A DNA stretch of 64,000 nt from NCBI GenBank assembly GCA_951406725.2, contig OX597826.1, forward strand, positions 76,384,001-76,448,000, in the 5' to 3' direction. Origin of the DNA: Octopus vulgaris. Its lineage: Eukaryota. Shown one piece after another: positions 41,729 to 55,156 of this stretch. Both the position numbers and the translations under genes were made by a program. Position 1 is the first letter of the stretch; the number at the start of each line of letters is the position of its first letter. A model generated the notes under the pieces. The model had not been told where the DNA came from and ran no database searches. It saw only the letters and a list, made by a program, of their open reading frames with translations.

Positions 41729-42417
41729 TGTTTTTCGGATAAAGGGACATATATCCAAACCACTCTGTTAAAATCGGATTAATACCCGGTGTTATTTGGC
41801 GAAACTGTTTTTTCTTTCTCTTTCTTTTGCAGGCAGAAAACTACAGAATACGTGGGTGTCTCTTTCTCAAGCAAAGAACCACACTCCTTTGTTTCGCATT
41901 GCTATCATATATATTTCTGTAACTGGATTCAACCCTTAAATGCGAACTCACTTTGACAGCATTTGTTGATGTACAAGTTTGCATTATTTTTGTTGTTGGT
42001 ATCTTTGTCCATGCTACGTGCATTGAGTATATCTGAGCTTCCTTGTATCCGCTTCTTTCATTGTCATTTTTCCTGTTCATTTCTTTTCACTTCGTTTTCA
42101 TGTTGTCGAAAATTATTTAAACATTTTCTTTTGAGAGAGAGCATATCCTGTGCTACTCTTTTTTTGTGCTTGTTCCTCTTACTGGCTCTCAAGCAGAATA
42201 GACTGTAACTACCAGAAAACTTTCTAGAAAAATAATGTCGGCAAGACGTATGTTTATGTCTACCCAAGGTGTTGGAAGAGACACCCACGTGTTCTGAAGT
42301 TTTCTGCCTGCAAAAGAAAGAGAAAGAAAAAAAACAAAACAGTTTCGCCAAATAACACCGGGTATTAATCCGATTTTAACAGAGTGGTTTGGATATATGT
42401 CCCTTTATCCAAAAACA
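41729..42417. repeat. Inverted repeat with ~140-bp arms (41729-41865, 42275-42417) and ~410-bp spacer
   Basis: ggataaagggacatatatccaaaccactctgttaaaatcggattaatacccggtgttatttggcgaaactg is mirrored exactly. Confidence 0.93.
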
Positions 42418-43149
42418 CACATGAATAATAATACTAATACTAATAATAATAATAATAATAACAATGATAACAACGATATGGAGGATGATGACGATAATAA
42501 TAAAAATAATAACAACAGCAATAATAGCAATAATTGTGAGCTTGCAGCATATCAAATGTCTTATCACCACTCTGCTCATCAATATTCTGTTGGTTTATTG
42601 CAAGTTCGTTCGTTATCTTCATCCTCTCTCTCTATCCTCTCTCCCCCTCTCTATGCCCGCATGATCACTCAAACTCACCCTCTCTCTATATCTCTTACTC
42701 TAGCTTCTCCCTCTGTTCTCCATATCTCCTCTTGTTTTCGATCACCTTTTTTTCTTTGTGATGCATTCGCCTTTTCTCTGCTGTTTGTTTCTGTTTGTCT
42801 TATATTTCCTTCCATCTTTTGATATCTTTGCTTATCACTCGAGTCGTTAGTCTTTTCATCTCATGCTAGCTTCTTCTTTAATCTTCTTCTTCTCCCTCTT
42901 CTCTGCTCTCGACGACAATTCCAGTGACAGCAACAACCACAAAAATAATCACCAACGAAAAACTTCCCATCATCACCTGTACCGGGAGCACTAACACCGC
43001 TACCAATACCACACCACCAACACAACTACCATCACCACTACCACTATACTACCACTAAACACTATACTACCATCAAACACCAGCCTAGGTACAAAACCAG
43101 CATCACTATCAACCACCATCACCACCATCACCACCACCACCTCAATCTT

Positions 43150-43582
43150 GGGGTCATGGTTTCAATTCCGGGTGTTGGGCCGGGTAGTGCGTTGCGTTGT
43201 GTTCTTCAGTAAAGCACTTCATCTCACATTTACTCTGCGATCACTTCGACACCCGACGAGGGGTACACCGAGCACCTGTTCAGGCAACGTCGATTTGATG
43301 GCGAGAATTGGCTAATGAGAGGCACGAAACTTTGATCCGTCACATACAAGGCGGTCAGCTGGCAGAAACGTTAACGCGCCTGGCGAAATGCTTAGCAGTA
43401 TTTCGTCTGTCGTTACGTTCTGAGTTCAAATTCCGCCGAGGTCGACTTTGCCTTTCATCCTTTCGGGGTCGATTAAATAAGTACCAGTTACGTACTGGGG
43501 TCGATGTAACCGACTTAATCCCTTTGTCTCTCCTTGTTTGTCCTCTCTGTGTTTAGCCCTTTGTAGGCAATAAAGAAATAAG
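43150..43582 (+). mobile_element. Decayed family C-like SINE followed by a full SINE family A copy (43350-43582)
   Basis: ggtttcaattcc...gtgttcttcagtaaagcacttcatctcac, then gctggcagaaacgttaacg...gcaataaagaaataag. Confidence 0.85.
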
Positions 43583-44178
43583 AATCCATCATACACACAT
43601 GCATACAAACACACATACACACACACATACACGCACGCATTTATAATTCGTGTATGAAAGTGGGCACACATACATTATATATTCGAAAGACACAATGAAC
43701 AAACAAAGAATATGGTTTCACTTTAGAGCATTTCATTTATAATTTAAACATAATTTCAGAATTGTTAGAGTAAACATGGAATTAAGACGTTATGCATAAA
43801 GTGTTCTACAGCTGTTTCTAGAATAGCTATTTATATGGTGCATACGTGTGTATGTGTGTGTGTAACGTTCGTTTTGGTATGTGGGTGTTTTCGGTCTGAC
43901 GCAAAGAATCTGAATATTTTAAAAATTTCTATAAGGATGCTGATTTTCTGGCCAATTAAGAAAACCATAATCGATTTTGTTTTTCAGAAACCAGTGAAGA
44001 ATTTTACGAGCATTTAAGTCATTTGGCTTTTATTTCTTATCTGTTCCATTTATTGGATCACGGTTTTGCAACGGAACCGTCAGATTGAATCGGTGGGTAG
44101 CGGGGAGAGTATCAAATACAGACAACGACACACATACATATACACACACAAACACACATATGTATATGTGTGTGTGTG

Positions 44179-44213
<35 letters not shown>

Positions 44214-44218
<5 letters not shown>

Positions 44219-44266
44219 GTACATGTTTTTCACGTCACGTGTGTTTCTTTGAGTGAGAGATACAGA

Positions 44267-44342
<76 letters not shown>

Positions 44343-44748
44343 AACCAAACAGATGTATTAACATAACGCTCAGGAATAGAAAATGTCTTTTACGTTTCGA
44401 ACCTACGCCCTTCTACAGAAAGGGACACAGAAAAAGCAAGGAGAGAAACATATGTATGCATCTATGTATGTATACGATAGACTTTCAACACAGTTTCCAT
44501 CAACTGGGATTCACACTCACCAGGCATTGGTTAGTCTACAGCTTCAGTGTTAGGCGCATGCTCAGATTTTCTGTTACTCTCATTTACTGTAATCCGCAGA
44601 TTTAAAACCATTCAATTATACTAAAATTTCACTTCTTTTCAACAATCGGTTACAGGAAATTCCGAGTAACATTTTTTTGCAGTTTCAATAAAACTCTGTC
44701 TCTGTATCTCTCACTCAAAGAAACACACGTGACGTGAAAAACATGTAC

Positions 44749-44753
<5 letters not shown>
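44214..44753. repeat. Perfect 57-bp inverted arms (44214-44270, 44697-44753) bounded by (TA)n
   Basis: tgtacgtacatgtttttcacgtcacgtgtgtttctttgagtgagagatacagagaca and its exact reverse complement. Confidence 0.95.
44387..44422 (-). ncRNA. Minimal hammerhead-like motif, second copy of the 39116 family
   Basis: CUUU-CUGUAGA-A-GGGC(GUAG)GUUC-GAAA-CG-UA-AAAG. Confidence 0.6.
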
Positions 44754-44793
<40 letters not shown>

Positions 44794-44852
44794 CGTATAT
44801 ATATATACATAAATATGTATATATATATATATATATACATCTATATGTATAT

Positions 44853-44929
<77 letters not shown>

Positions 44930-46292
44930 CATACATATATATATACCTGTATAAATACAGGTTTAAAATTATAAAATTACTAATTTATGCCAGTGGTTAG
45001 CATGCGTAATAAAAGTCAGAAGACATGAATATTTTAATATATATGTATGTATATATATGTATGTATGCATGTATATATACGTATATATACATATATACAT
45101 AAACACACACACATGCACATACACACACATATAACACCCTCACCTCAAAAATCACCTCAACGAAGACAGCTGCTTCTTCTATCAACAGGACCGGCACCAT
45201 CACCACTGCCATTTCCACAACCACAAGCTCTACCACCACCACCGTACCACCAACACAACCTCCACCCAAACCATCACAACCACCACTTCCACCAGCACCA
45301 GCACCGCCGCCGCCGCTATTCCACTCCAGAACCACGCGCCCTTTCATGAATTCCAGCACTACCACCTCCACATCGTCCATCTGCAGGAGGGTCATCTCCA
45401 ACACCACTAATGCCACAGTAAATCACCACCGTTGTCGTCACGATCACCACCGCCACAACAACGACAATCCACAACCTCTACCACCATTACAACTACTTTC
45501 ACAATCACCACCACCACCACCACCACAAGCACCACCTCGTTCCCCCCCATCCGCTACCATTCCCCAACCTTCCGTAACACAGAGATAGCAGCAGCAGAAA
45601 GGTGACGCCTTTCGGCTGTCCAACAGAGATAAGAAGATTCAACGGAAGCTACAGAACAGCGAAACAATTTCCAACATCTGTTTTAATATTTCTTATCTCT
45701 TATTGTACTCACTGATAGAACATCCATCCATACCTGTGCAGTAGCGTGATGCGCAGATAGGTGACTATCTGTGTGTGCGAGCGAGTGTGCGAGTGTATGT
45801 GCGTATGTATATGTGTGTCTGTGTGTGTGTGAATGCATCTTGTGTATGGTTGTAGGTTGGCCTATGATGACGGAATGAATACAGACGCATTCTTATATAA
45901 ATGTACATGTGTATATATATATACGAAAGAAGATTTGAAACGTCGTGCGGTATAAACATGGCTGTGCACGTCTGTACGGGTTTAATCGTACATGTGTTTA
46001 TTCATTTCATGTTGACACACACATTGGTATGCATATCTTTACACATGCAATCACACCAAGTGAGATGCCTGCATGCATACATAAATTACATACATACATT
46101 ACACAACAAACAAAACATTCTATTCACAAAATATTCATACACAACACCAAATTCATATTTGCGTGCTTTGTGTGTATGTATGTATGTATGTATGTATGTA
46201 TGTATGTATGTATGTATATATATATATATGCACATATATATACATTTATATATAATATATGATATATAGTATGTATATATATAGATAGTATG

Positions 46293-46332
<40 letters not shown>

Positions 46333-46734
46333 AATGTATATAGCTATATGTATACACGTACACACACACACACACACACACATGAACACAATATCTATTT
46401 ATGTACTCACATTGATATACATAAGAGTATAAGAACATATTTACCAACAAATCTTCTGATGTATCGTTATGTAATAGATACAAATTGCTCAATACTCGTA
46501 TGCATATATATATATATATATATATATGGCTGACGGTTAGTAAGGAGAGACACAAATAATAAAGAAGAAAACAAAGGACCACTGATGCAGTCACAGGAGT
46601 GTGACGAAAGAACTCTGGCCGAAATAAGATTAAGATTAATGTAAAAAATAAATAACACTGAAGCAAAGTAACACCAAATATATAGTGCGTGTGTTTTTAT
46701 TGGCTAAACTGGCAAAATGACCATTCCGAAATAT

Positions 46735-46779
<45 letters not shown>

Positions 46780-46869
46780 GATTAGTATTCTTTTGGTTTG
46801 GCTTAGCCTCGATCTTATTCCTTGTAGGATTTATATGGGTAACGGGTTACTACGTGTGACCTTAGGTAT

Positions 46870-47360
46870 CCACAAGTTTTCAGATGTGTTTCTGCAGTAA
46901 TGACTGTTCCGGGTTTTAAGGAGTTATAGTGGACGAGTCCGGGCAGTACACTACCAAACAGTCACCATAACTGTTGTTTGAAGAGTTCGGGTTTAGGAAA
47001 GATTTTCGTTGCTTCATTTTGGTCCAACCACTTGCGAAGAACGTTTTTTTATTATTGCACAGACTCCACTTTTCATAGCAAGTTACAATACGGTCGAGAA
47101 ATGGATCGATCTGGTTATGGAGAAGAAGTGACGAGCAAATTTCGTATCTGCGTACTTTCTGATTTTCATTCAAATTGTGCGGTACCCATTTGTCGAGGTT
47201 TTTTTATTTTCCGATCGCAAATGGTTGCAGGCAGTTTTCTGGCAAACATCCGGCTAAGTTCTTTTGCCTGTTCTCGTGTGGTTTTACGTGGATCTTTCTC
47301 AATGACGGTCTGGACCGTCATCGATGACAGATGGGCGTCCACTACTCTCACGGTCTCCAA
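46870..47360 (-). mobile_element. Mariner transposase fragment
   Basis: IEKDPRKTTREQAKEL...NENQKVRRYEICSSLLL...FLDRIVTCYEKW. Confidence 0.85.
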
Positions 47361-47417
47361 GGTAAATAACGCAGTATTGCGTGTTCTAACAGAACATCCA
47401 CGCTAAGTTGGAGATAA

Positions 47418-47448
<31 letters not shown>

Positions 47449-47589
47449 TATGTAAAGGTGGATCAGTAGGAAATATACAATATTAAAAATATACGAAGAT
47501 AAAGTACATTTATATAAAAAAAGCAACAATAATGCTTGAATCCGTAAACATACCAACCCTCATGCAGTCACACATCTATACACACATCC

Positions 47590-47627
<38 letters not shown>

Positions 47628-47669
47628 ATGTGTGTATATACATACACACATACACACACACGCACACGC

Positions 47670-47766
<97 letters not shown>

Positions 47767-48502
47767 ATAGAAATAATTTCAAAGAGAAAATAAAAACTAC
47801 TCATGGAAAAGGTATGGGTAACGTAAGAAGAAAAAAAGCGAAAATGCACATTGGATATCAAAAACAATAATGGCTTTTTTTTAATGAAAAGTAACGATAA
47901 ATAAATACAATTAGATGAAGTGAGGTAGAATTAAAAGGAATAAAAGTCATTATTATGAATTGTTAAAGGGATTCAAAGTCATACCGGTTTCGTCAATTAC
48001 AGTTCACTGGCTTTGAATGCGCACCGATATATATATATATATGATGTGTGTGTAGCCCAAATATGTTAAAGAAATCAAAATAACATGAATAAAAGAAATG
48101 GAATATAATTTAAAATCCTCTTCCGCGTCTCCCCACACACAACCCCCCACCCACGCGAAAGCGAGGGAGGAACAATATCAATAATAACAATTTTGACGAA
48201 TGAACACCAGGTAAAAATTTACGATGAAAACAAAAAAAAGAGCGGATGTTTTTCTCCGATATTTTCCGAGTAATTATACCTAATTTTCTTGTAGTTAATA
48301 TTAGTTTTTTTGTTGTTGTTGCTGTTGTGGTTGTAGTTGTTGTTCTTGCTGTTGTTGTTGCTGGTCTTTTGCCATTATGCCGCAGAGAAATCTCGGATCA
48401 AAGGAAGGAAGAAGAGTGACGATATTGTCGAGTGTTTTTAAGAGTTCATCTTCATTTGTTGTTGTCGCTGTTGTTGTTGTGTGGTGAAGGAGGGTCCAAG
48501 TG

Positions 48503-48688
<186 letters not shown>

Positions 48689-48747
48689 TTCATGCACACG
48701 CACACACATACGGACACACACACTTATATACATGCAGACACAGACAC

Positions 48748-48804
<57 letters not shown>

Positions 48805-50057
48805 TATATTCATACATAGATATCTGTGTGAATGTGTGAGTGTGTGTGTGTGTATGTGAGTGTGTGTGTGTGTGTGTGTGCGTGCATGTATAGTCATATA
48901 TACCTGAATGCGTGTATGCATATATATACAAGATTACACATGCTTGCATCATCTACTTATACAGACGAACGTACACAAACACACATTCCGCGCAGGTACC
49001 ACACATACACACACATCCTCACACACACACACACACACACACGCACATTAGTACTATGTTCTTTTCTCCGATCTCAGGACTTATTGCAATCTTCGTTCCA
49101 GTTAAAACTTAGCAGCCAAAATGAAGTAATCATGTCTATTGGAAATCTTTCTTTCCAGCGCTTGTCTTGATGTGATCTCTCATCTATTTCGTGTATTTCA
49201 TTATGGAACTGATGGTTTCGTAATAATCTATTGGGTCTTCAAAGTCTATTACGATTTACTTCTACTTTTTGTTTTTTTTTCTCTTCTCTCTTCTTTTTTC
49301 CCCACTTTTTCATATTTTTTACCCTTTTCTTTATATATTTCTTTCTTTCTACTTATATTAGCATAACTCCTTTGTTTTTTAAAATTCTTTCCGTGTGTAA
49401 CAACATAAATACACACACATATATACATATCTATGTATATATATATATATGTACATATATATATATATACATAGATATGTATATATATATATATATACAT
49501 ATATACATATATATACATATATACATATATATGTGCATATATCTATATATGTATATATGTATGAATGTACACCTGCATACATACGTATAAATGTATGTAT
49601 ATATATATATATATACGTATGCCTTTATGGGATGTATGTATGCATGTATGCATGCATATATACATATACACGTGTATATGCAAATACACATGAATCCTTT
49701 GCTATGATGAAGGTGTGCGTGTAAACAAATTTAAATAGTCATTTTTTTACGCATATAGATAGATAAATGGATATTACTCTACCTCCGGTATACGAGTACT
49801 GTTTGTTACACCTCGTTTCACATATATGTGCCTACTCTAGAGAAATAGATAGACAGATAGACAGACAGATAGAGTGAAAGATAGATAAATAAAAAGATAT
49901 GCGTGTATATGTAAATATAAATATGTTTGTTTCTATTATGTGAGTGTGCGTATGAACAAATTTAAACAGTCGTTTTGTAAGTATATATATATGTGTGTGT
50001 GTGTGTGTGCGTGCGTGTATATATATATTTATATATGTACATAAGTATATAAGTCTA

Positions 50058-50090
<33 letters not shown>

Positions 50091-50124
50091 ATATATGTAT
50101 ATATATGTATATATATATATATAT

Positions 50125-50669
50125 CACTTTTTCGTGTTCAGTCCTTAATTGGTATATATAAATATTTTAATCTTCGGATTCTTTTTAATATGCTAGACCA
50201 CTGGTTTTAATTGACTAATATCAATTTTTACCCTTAATTAATTTTTAATATAAAATATATGTTCTTAAACCGATAAATTGACTGCTGCTAATTATTAGCT
50301 GCTGGCTGGTTTTTCGGGTCTCAGCGCGCCAAAAGTAAAGGCATTTGAAAGATACATTCGAACTTAATCGGTTGTACTATATGCATGCGAAACCCCGGTA
50401 TCGTTTTTCATCTAGTACAGCAAATTATGTTCATAACAAACTGTGCTGACGAAGTTACAGATATCCTTGTGATATTAATAACTGAAACCGTTCGGTACAC
50501 AGGTGATTATTTCATTTCGTATATTTTCATTTGTCCTATTTATTGCTTTGGGTTGTGCTGAATTTTATTTTATTTGAGAACATAATCTTTGTGGAGAATG
50601 GCGATTTGACGTCTATATCTAGCATGTTGACTGTCCACTTTTTCGTGTTCAGTCCTTAATTGGTATATA
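50125..50669 (+). mobile_element. 511-nt non-coding unit with 34-bp terminal redundancy (retrozyme / PLE pLTR-like)
   Basis: cactttttcgtgttcagtccttaattggtatata at 50125-50158 and 50636-50669, with an internal hammerhead. Confidence 0.85.
50441..50502 (+). ncRNA. Canonical type-I hammerhead ribozyme
   Basis: CUGUG-CUGACGA-AGUUA...UAACU-GAAA-CCG(UU)CGG-UA-CACAG. All core bases present, three paired stems, GUA triplet; predicted cut after 50497. Confidence 0.9.
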
Positions 50670-50674
50670 CATAT

Positions 50675-51018
50675 AAAGGGTAAAGACCCCCTTCGGTCAT
50701 GAATGACCATGGGATTGCACCTAGAAAGTTACCCTCCTAGACACAAGTCTGGGCAAGGTTGTTTTTATGGAAGGCCAGCAGTCGCCCATGCATACCAGCC
50801 TCCCCTCTCCACGCCACCAGTGTTATCCAAGGGAAAGACAAAGGTCGATACAGCTTGGCACCAGTGACGTCGCAACTCATTTCTACAGCTGAGTGAACTG
50901 GAGCAACGTGAAATAAAGTGCCTTGCACGAGAACACAACACGCAGCCCGGTCCGGGATTCGAGCTCACAACCTCACGATCGTAAGCTCGACGCTCTAACC
51001 ACTGAGCCATGCGCCTTC
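50675..51018 (-). mobile_element. Full tRNA-derived SINE family C
   Basis: Minus strand ggcgcatggctcagtggttagagcg...gagctcgaatccc...atttcacgttgctccagttcactcagctg. Confidence 0.9.
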
Positions 51019-51020
51019 AC

Positions 51021-51069
<49 letters not shown>

Positions 51070-51076
51070 TATATAC

Positions 51077-51168
<92 letters not shown>

Positions 51169-51879
51169 AAGTATTCACACGCGCCCATACACATATTAAG
51201 AAACACATACGTTGTATATATACACGGTCACGCTTATAAAATAAATTAACAGCAGCGTGTGAAAGATTATGAAGCATCTCTTTCTGAAATCCATTTAAGA
51301 TTGTAAATTACAGAATTATATCCACACAAGACAATTCCTTTTTGGCGAACCAGGTTTTTCAGTCATGGCCTATCCAAACACTTTACCTATCAACAAAAAT
51401 GATTCCGATCTTTATTGTCTTAAAAAATTCTTTTTACTGAATTTTTAACATCAGTTTATTGAAGTGTTTCAGACGAACGTCCTGAAATTTTCAAGAATAA
51501 GGAATGTACACATTCAATAGTATATTAGGTTTCATCCAACCATATCTTATATTAAAGGTTCTATTGGAGAAGGATGTCTTTTATTTTATTGAACGTGAGT
51601 GATTGTAGATGTTAATAATAACGGTTTTTGAATGTTCTTACAGTGAGTACTATTTAATTTTTTTCAAAGCCATTGTTGCGTGTTGTTTCTCTGTGTGCAT
51701 CTGCTTTCGAATGCGATGATAGTTTCTCTGAGCAGATGGGTGACTGACGAAGTTACAAGTTGACTGTTGGTGTGTATTATAGGGCTGCATCAGTGTATAT
51801 TTTCAAGTGCATGTGTGTGACTCAAGAAGCAATATTTTCTGGGCAGGAATAGTTGACTTTATAGTCATCAGTGAGGAAT

Positions 51880-53650
51880 AGTTGAATGCATTATCGTCCC
51901 GGTAGGAAATGTCTTACTAGACACAGAAAGTTCCAGGGGATATTAATGAGCACGTTCAATTTGATGAATAAAACCAAGGTACCATCTTCCTTCTGTATAA
52001 TTTGAATGTGGACCGTGATTTCAGAACAAAACTTTACGTGAAAGTCACTACTACCGACCATGTTAAATTTGACCTGAGTCACGATTTTCAATAGCTCGTT
52101 GGTAGAAATCAGCCGATTTCGATTCGAAAAATTGATCCAATCAAGTTCTCAATTCTGCATTAGTATTGAACGAAACACCGCACATAGCATTTGAAAAAGA
52201 TCGAAAGAGGTGGAAATCCGTTGGTGCCAAATCAGGTGAGCACGGCGGGTGTAGCAGCACTTCCCAGCCACGCGTTTGAATGGTTTCCTTGGTAATATTG
52301 GCGATATGAGGGCGGGCGTTGTCGTACAGCACAAGAGTTTCATGCTGACGATTAGGTCTTTTCTCTTGAACAGCCGTGTTGAGTCGTTCCAGATGTTGAA
52401 CAGAGTTCCGCGTTGACCGTTTGGTTCCGTTCAAGCAATTCGTAATGGATAATCCCTTCCCAGTCCCACCATATGCACAACATCGATTTGCGCGGATGAA
52501 GATCTTGTTTCATGCGCAGAGTCGCTCGTTTACCGGGGCTAAGCCATTCCTTACACTGCTTCATATTGATGTACAGGCACCATTTTTCGTCGCCAGTAAC
52601 AATTCGGTAAACAAATCGTTGCTTGTGGCCATGAGTTGAGCGGTGACGAGCAAGCAAATCAGCAGAGATTGTAGTTCGTTGATTTTTGTTGTTGTCACTT
52701 AAAGCATGCCCCATACTTCTGAACCTTTCCCATCGAGTGAAGAGGCTTCTCTATAGCAGTGTGGGAGCATTCCATTTTCTCTGCCATTTCCTTTGTCGTT
52801 TGACGAGAATTTTCGTGTAAAAGTTGGTTTAATCGCTCTTCATCGAACACAACTGGACGGCCAAGACGTGGTGCAACTTTGAGGTCAAAAATTCTAATTT
52901 TGAACTTGGCATACCAATCACGAGCAACTCTTTCAGCTATGGCACCCTCTCCATACACGGTACAAATGTCGCGAGCAACTTTTGCGGTCTTAGAACCTTG
53001 ATTAAAAGCAAAAGGGAGGTATCGAAAATACTCGTTTTCCTTAACTTGACATTCCATTTTAATGATCTGAAAATAAACAAAAATTAACAAAAATTAACTA
53101 GAACAAAAAAAAATAGATACCAAAATGATTCAAAAATAGAATTCTCGAAAAAAAATAGATTCCAAAATTTAAAAATGCAATAAATTCCAAAATTTAAAAA
53201 AACAGCGAGAACTTAGTTGCCAACCCAATATATAAATGTTGAAATGTTGCTGAGAGTTGTCGGTTTCATGTGAGTCAGTACATTGGACGATTAGGATGAA
53301 ATAAAGAGTAAGTTAAGGAGGGAGTGCAGATATTCGAATGTTACATATGTTTCTTTTGTATGGTAGATTTCACTTATCACAGGAAAAACAGAGTTGGTTC
53401 TGTAAGTTCTCTAGAAATGTGAATTCAAGTCAAAATCACATTGTGGTTGATTTGCTTCAGGTCCCATTACTATAAATATTTATACAAGTTGGTAAATACG
53501 TGGCAAAATGTATGTCTTCAAATACCGCAGAGTATCACAACTCCATATCGATCTTGATTTTACTTTCATTCTGGGCGGTTTCATACCAAACCTGACTTGA
53601 GTGATAGCCTCGTACTACTGACCTTTGGTTCTCCATATAAAGCATTCATT
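51880..53650 (-). mobile_element. Possible very old PLE reverse transcriptase fossil flanking the mariner
   Basis: Weak peptides ALYGEPKV (about 53620) and IQIIQKEDGTLVLFIKLNVLI / PTGTIMHS (about 51890-52010) fall in PLE RT order. Confidence 0.25.
52085..53230 (-). mobile_element. Mariner DD34D element, near full length, frameshifted
   Basis: ATG at 53057; GRP HTH linker, IVTGDEKW, YDNARPH, HPPCSPDLAPTDFHLFRS spread over three frames. 5' TIR tattgggttggcaactaagt near 53211-53230; the other TIR is missing. Confidence 0.95.
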
Positions 53651-54158
53651 TATCTTAAAAGAACATTTGTAGATTAAGATCTAGTAATAAGTAATTATTT
53701 CACGCATTTCTTTCATCAGGAGTAGATTCTTTCCTTTTGTTTTGCAGGAAACGTTTACTGTTGTAGTCTGAAATAATATCAAATAAATATTTGTTGCGCA
53801 TTTTGGAGCGAAATAACTGGCAAAGAGAGATGTACCCTGTGATATATGTATGTCATGCCACTGAAAACACACGCACACACTCATGTTAGCTGCTTGCTTC
53901 ATGTATGTATATATATGTATTTATAGATATTTACATATATATATAACATATAATGTAATATACAATATATATATATATTATATATGTACATATATACACA
54001 TATATATACACACATTTATATGTACGTGTGTATGTATGCGTGTGCGCGAAACAGCTGGTTTAAACATGTTAAAATGATGACATGTCTGTGTTTAAGTTTT
54101 ATTGTTTTTATCAAATTATTTACTTGAATCCTTAGGAACTATTAGGAGCAGCTGGTTT

Positions 54159-54237
<79 letters not shown>

Positions 54238-54403
54238 CACACATATATACATATATACATATATATATACACATATATACATATATATATACGTATGTAT
54301 ATAAATGTTCGTGAGTATATGTATGTGTACATAGGTGTTTATACACGTAAACGCATAGTCACTCACAAATGTATACACATGTAGGTGTATGTATGTATGT
54401 ATG

Positions 54404-54444
<41 letters not shown>

Positions 54445-54569
54445 TAGCATATACAATCGGTGCTGCCCAATGCCGAGTATGTTAGATTCTGTTACAGTTA
54501 ATGACTTTAAGCTAAATTTTATCCAGTGATTTTACTCTGTAATGCTATTTGAGTATGTTTGTTTTTCAT

Positions 54570-54637
<68 letters not shown>

Positions 54638-55020
54638 TTGTGTGTGTGTTTGTGTGTGTGTGTGTATGTGTATGTGTGTGTGTATATCTGTAGTTGAAGA
54701 TTTTTCAGATTTCTAAGATGTATGGAAGCTTTTGTAGCTGTACTTGTTGATAATTTTAATGTTATGACTAAGAAAATATCTTCTTCACGTTTTATGCCAT
54801 ACGTTTTCTTGTAATTTTAACTTTTTTGTTGAATTTATTGTGTCTGCTGAATTTTCAGGGTCCCTCATGTGTCATAAAACGATTTTAGATAATTAAACAT
54901 TTTCCTTAAAATGAACTCCATATTTGTTACTTCAGCAGAATTCTGGTGTAATTGAGAGGACCATCGATTGCAACCGCTCGATATAGTGTTCGACTCTCTA
55001 AGTAGGATCTGCTCTTACTT

Positions 55021-55156
55021 CCTATTTCTTTATTGCCCACAAGGGACAAACAAGGACAAAGGGATTAAGTCGATTACATCGACCCCAGTGCGTAACTGAT
55101 ACTTAATTTATCGACCCCGAAAGGAAGAAAGGCAAAGTCGACCTCGATAGAATTTG
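55021..55156 (-). mobile_element. SINE family A fragment
   Basis: cctatttctttattgcccac...gattaagtcgattacatcgaccccagtgcgtaac. Confidence 0.85.

Noticed and set aside
44997-45588. Thr/Pro/His-rich mucin-like ORFs
   Set aside because: Degenerate (ACC)n sequence open in several frames, with no supported splice or start context.
51744-51757. ctgacgaagttaca matching the 50441 hammerhead core
   Set aside because: No downstream stem II partner, GAAA or stem I.
52141-53090. SETMAR-like domesticated gene or active transposase
   Set aside because: Split across three frames with a stop, no SET domain, and one TIR missing.
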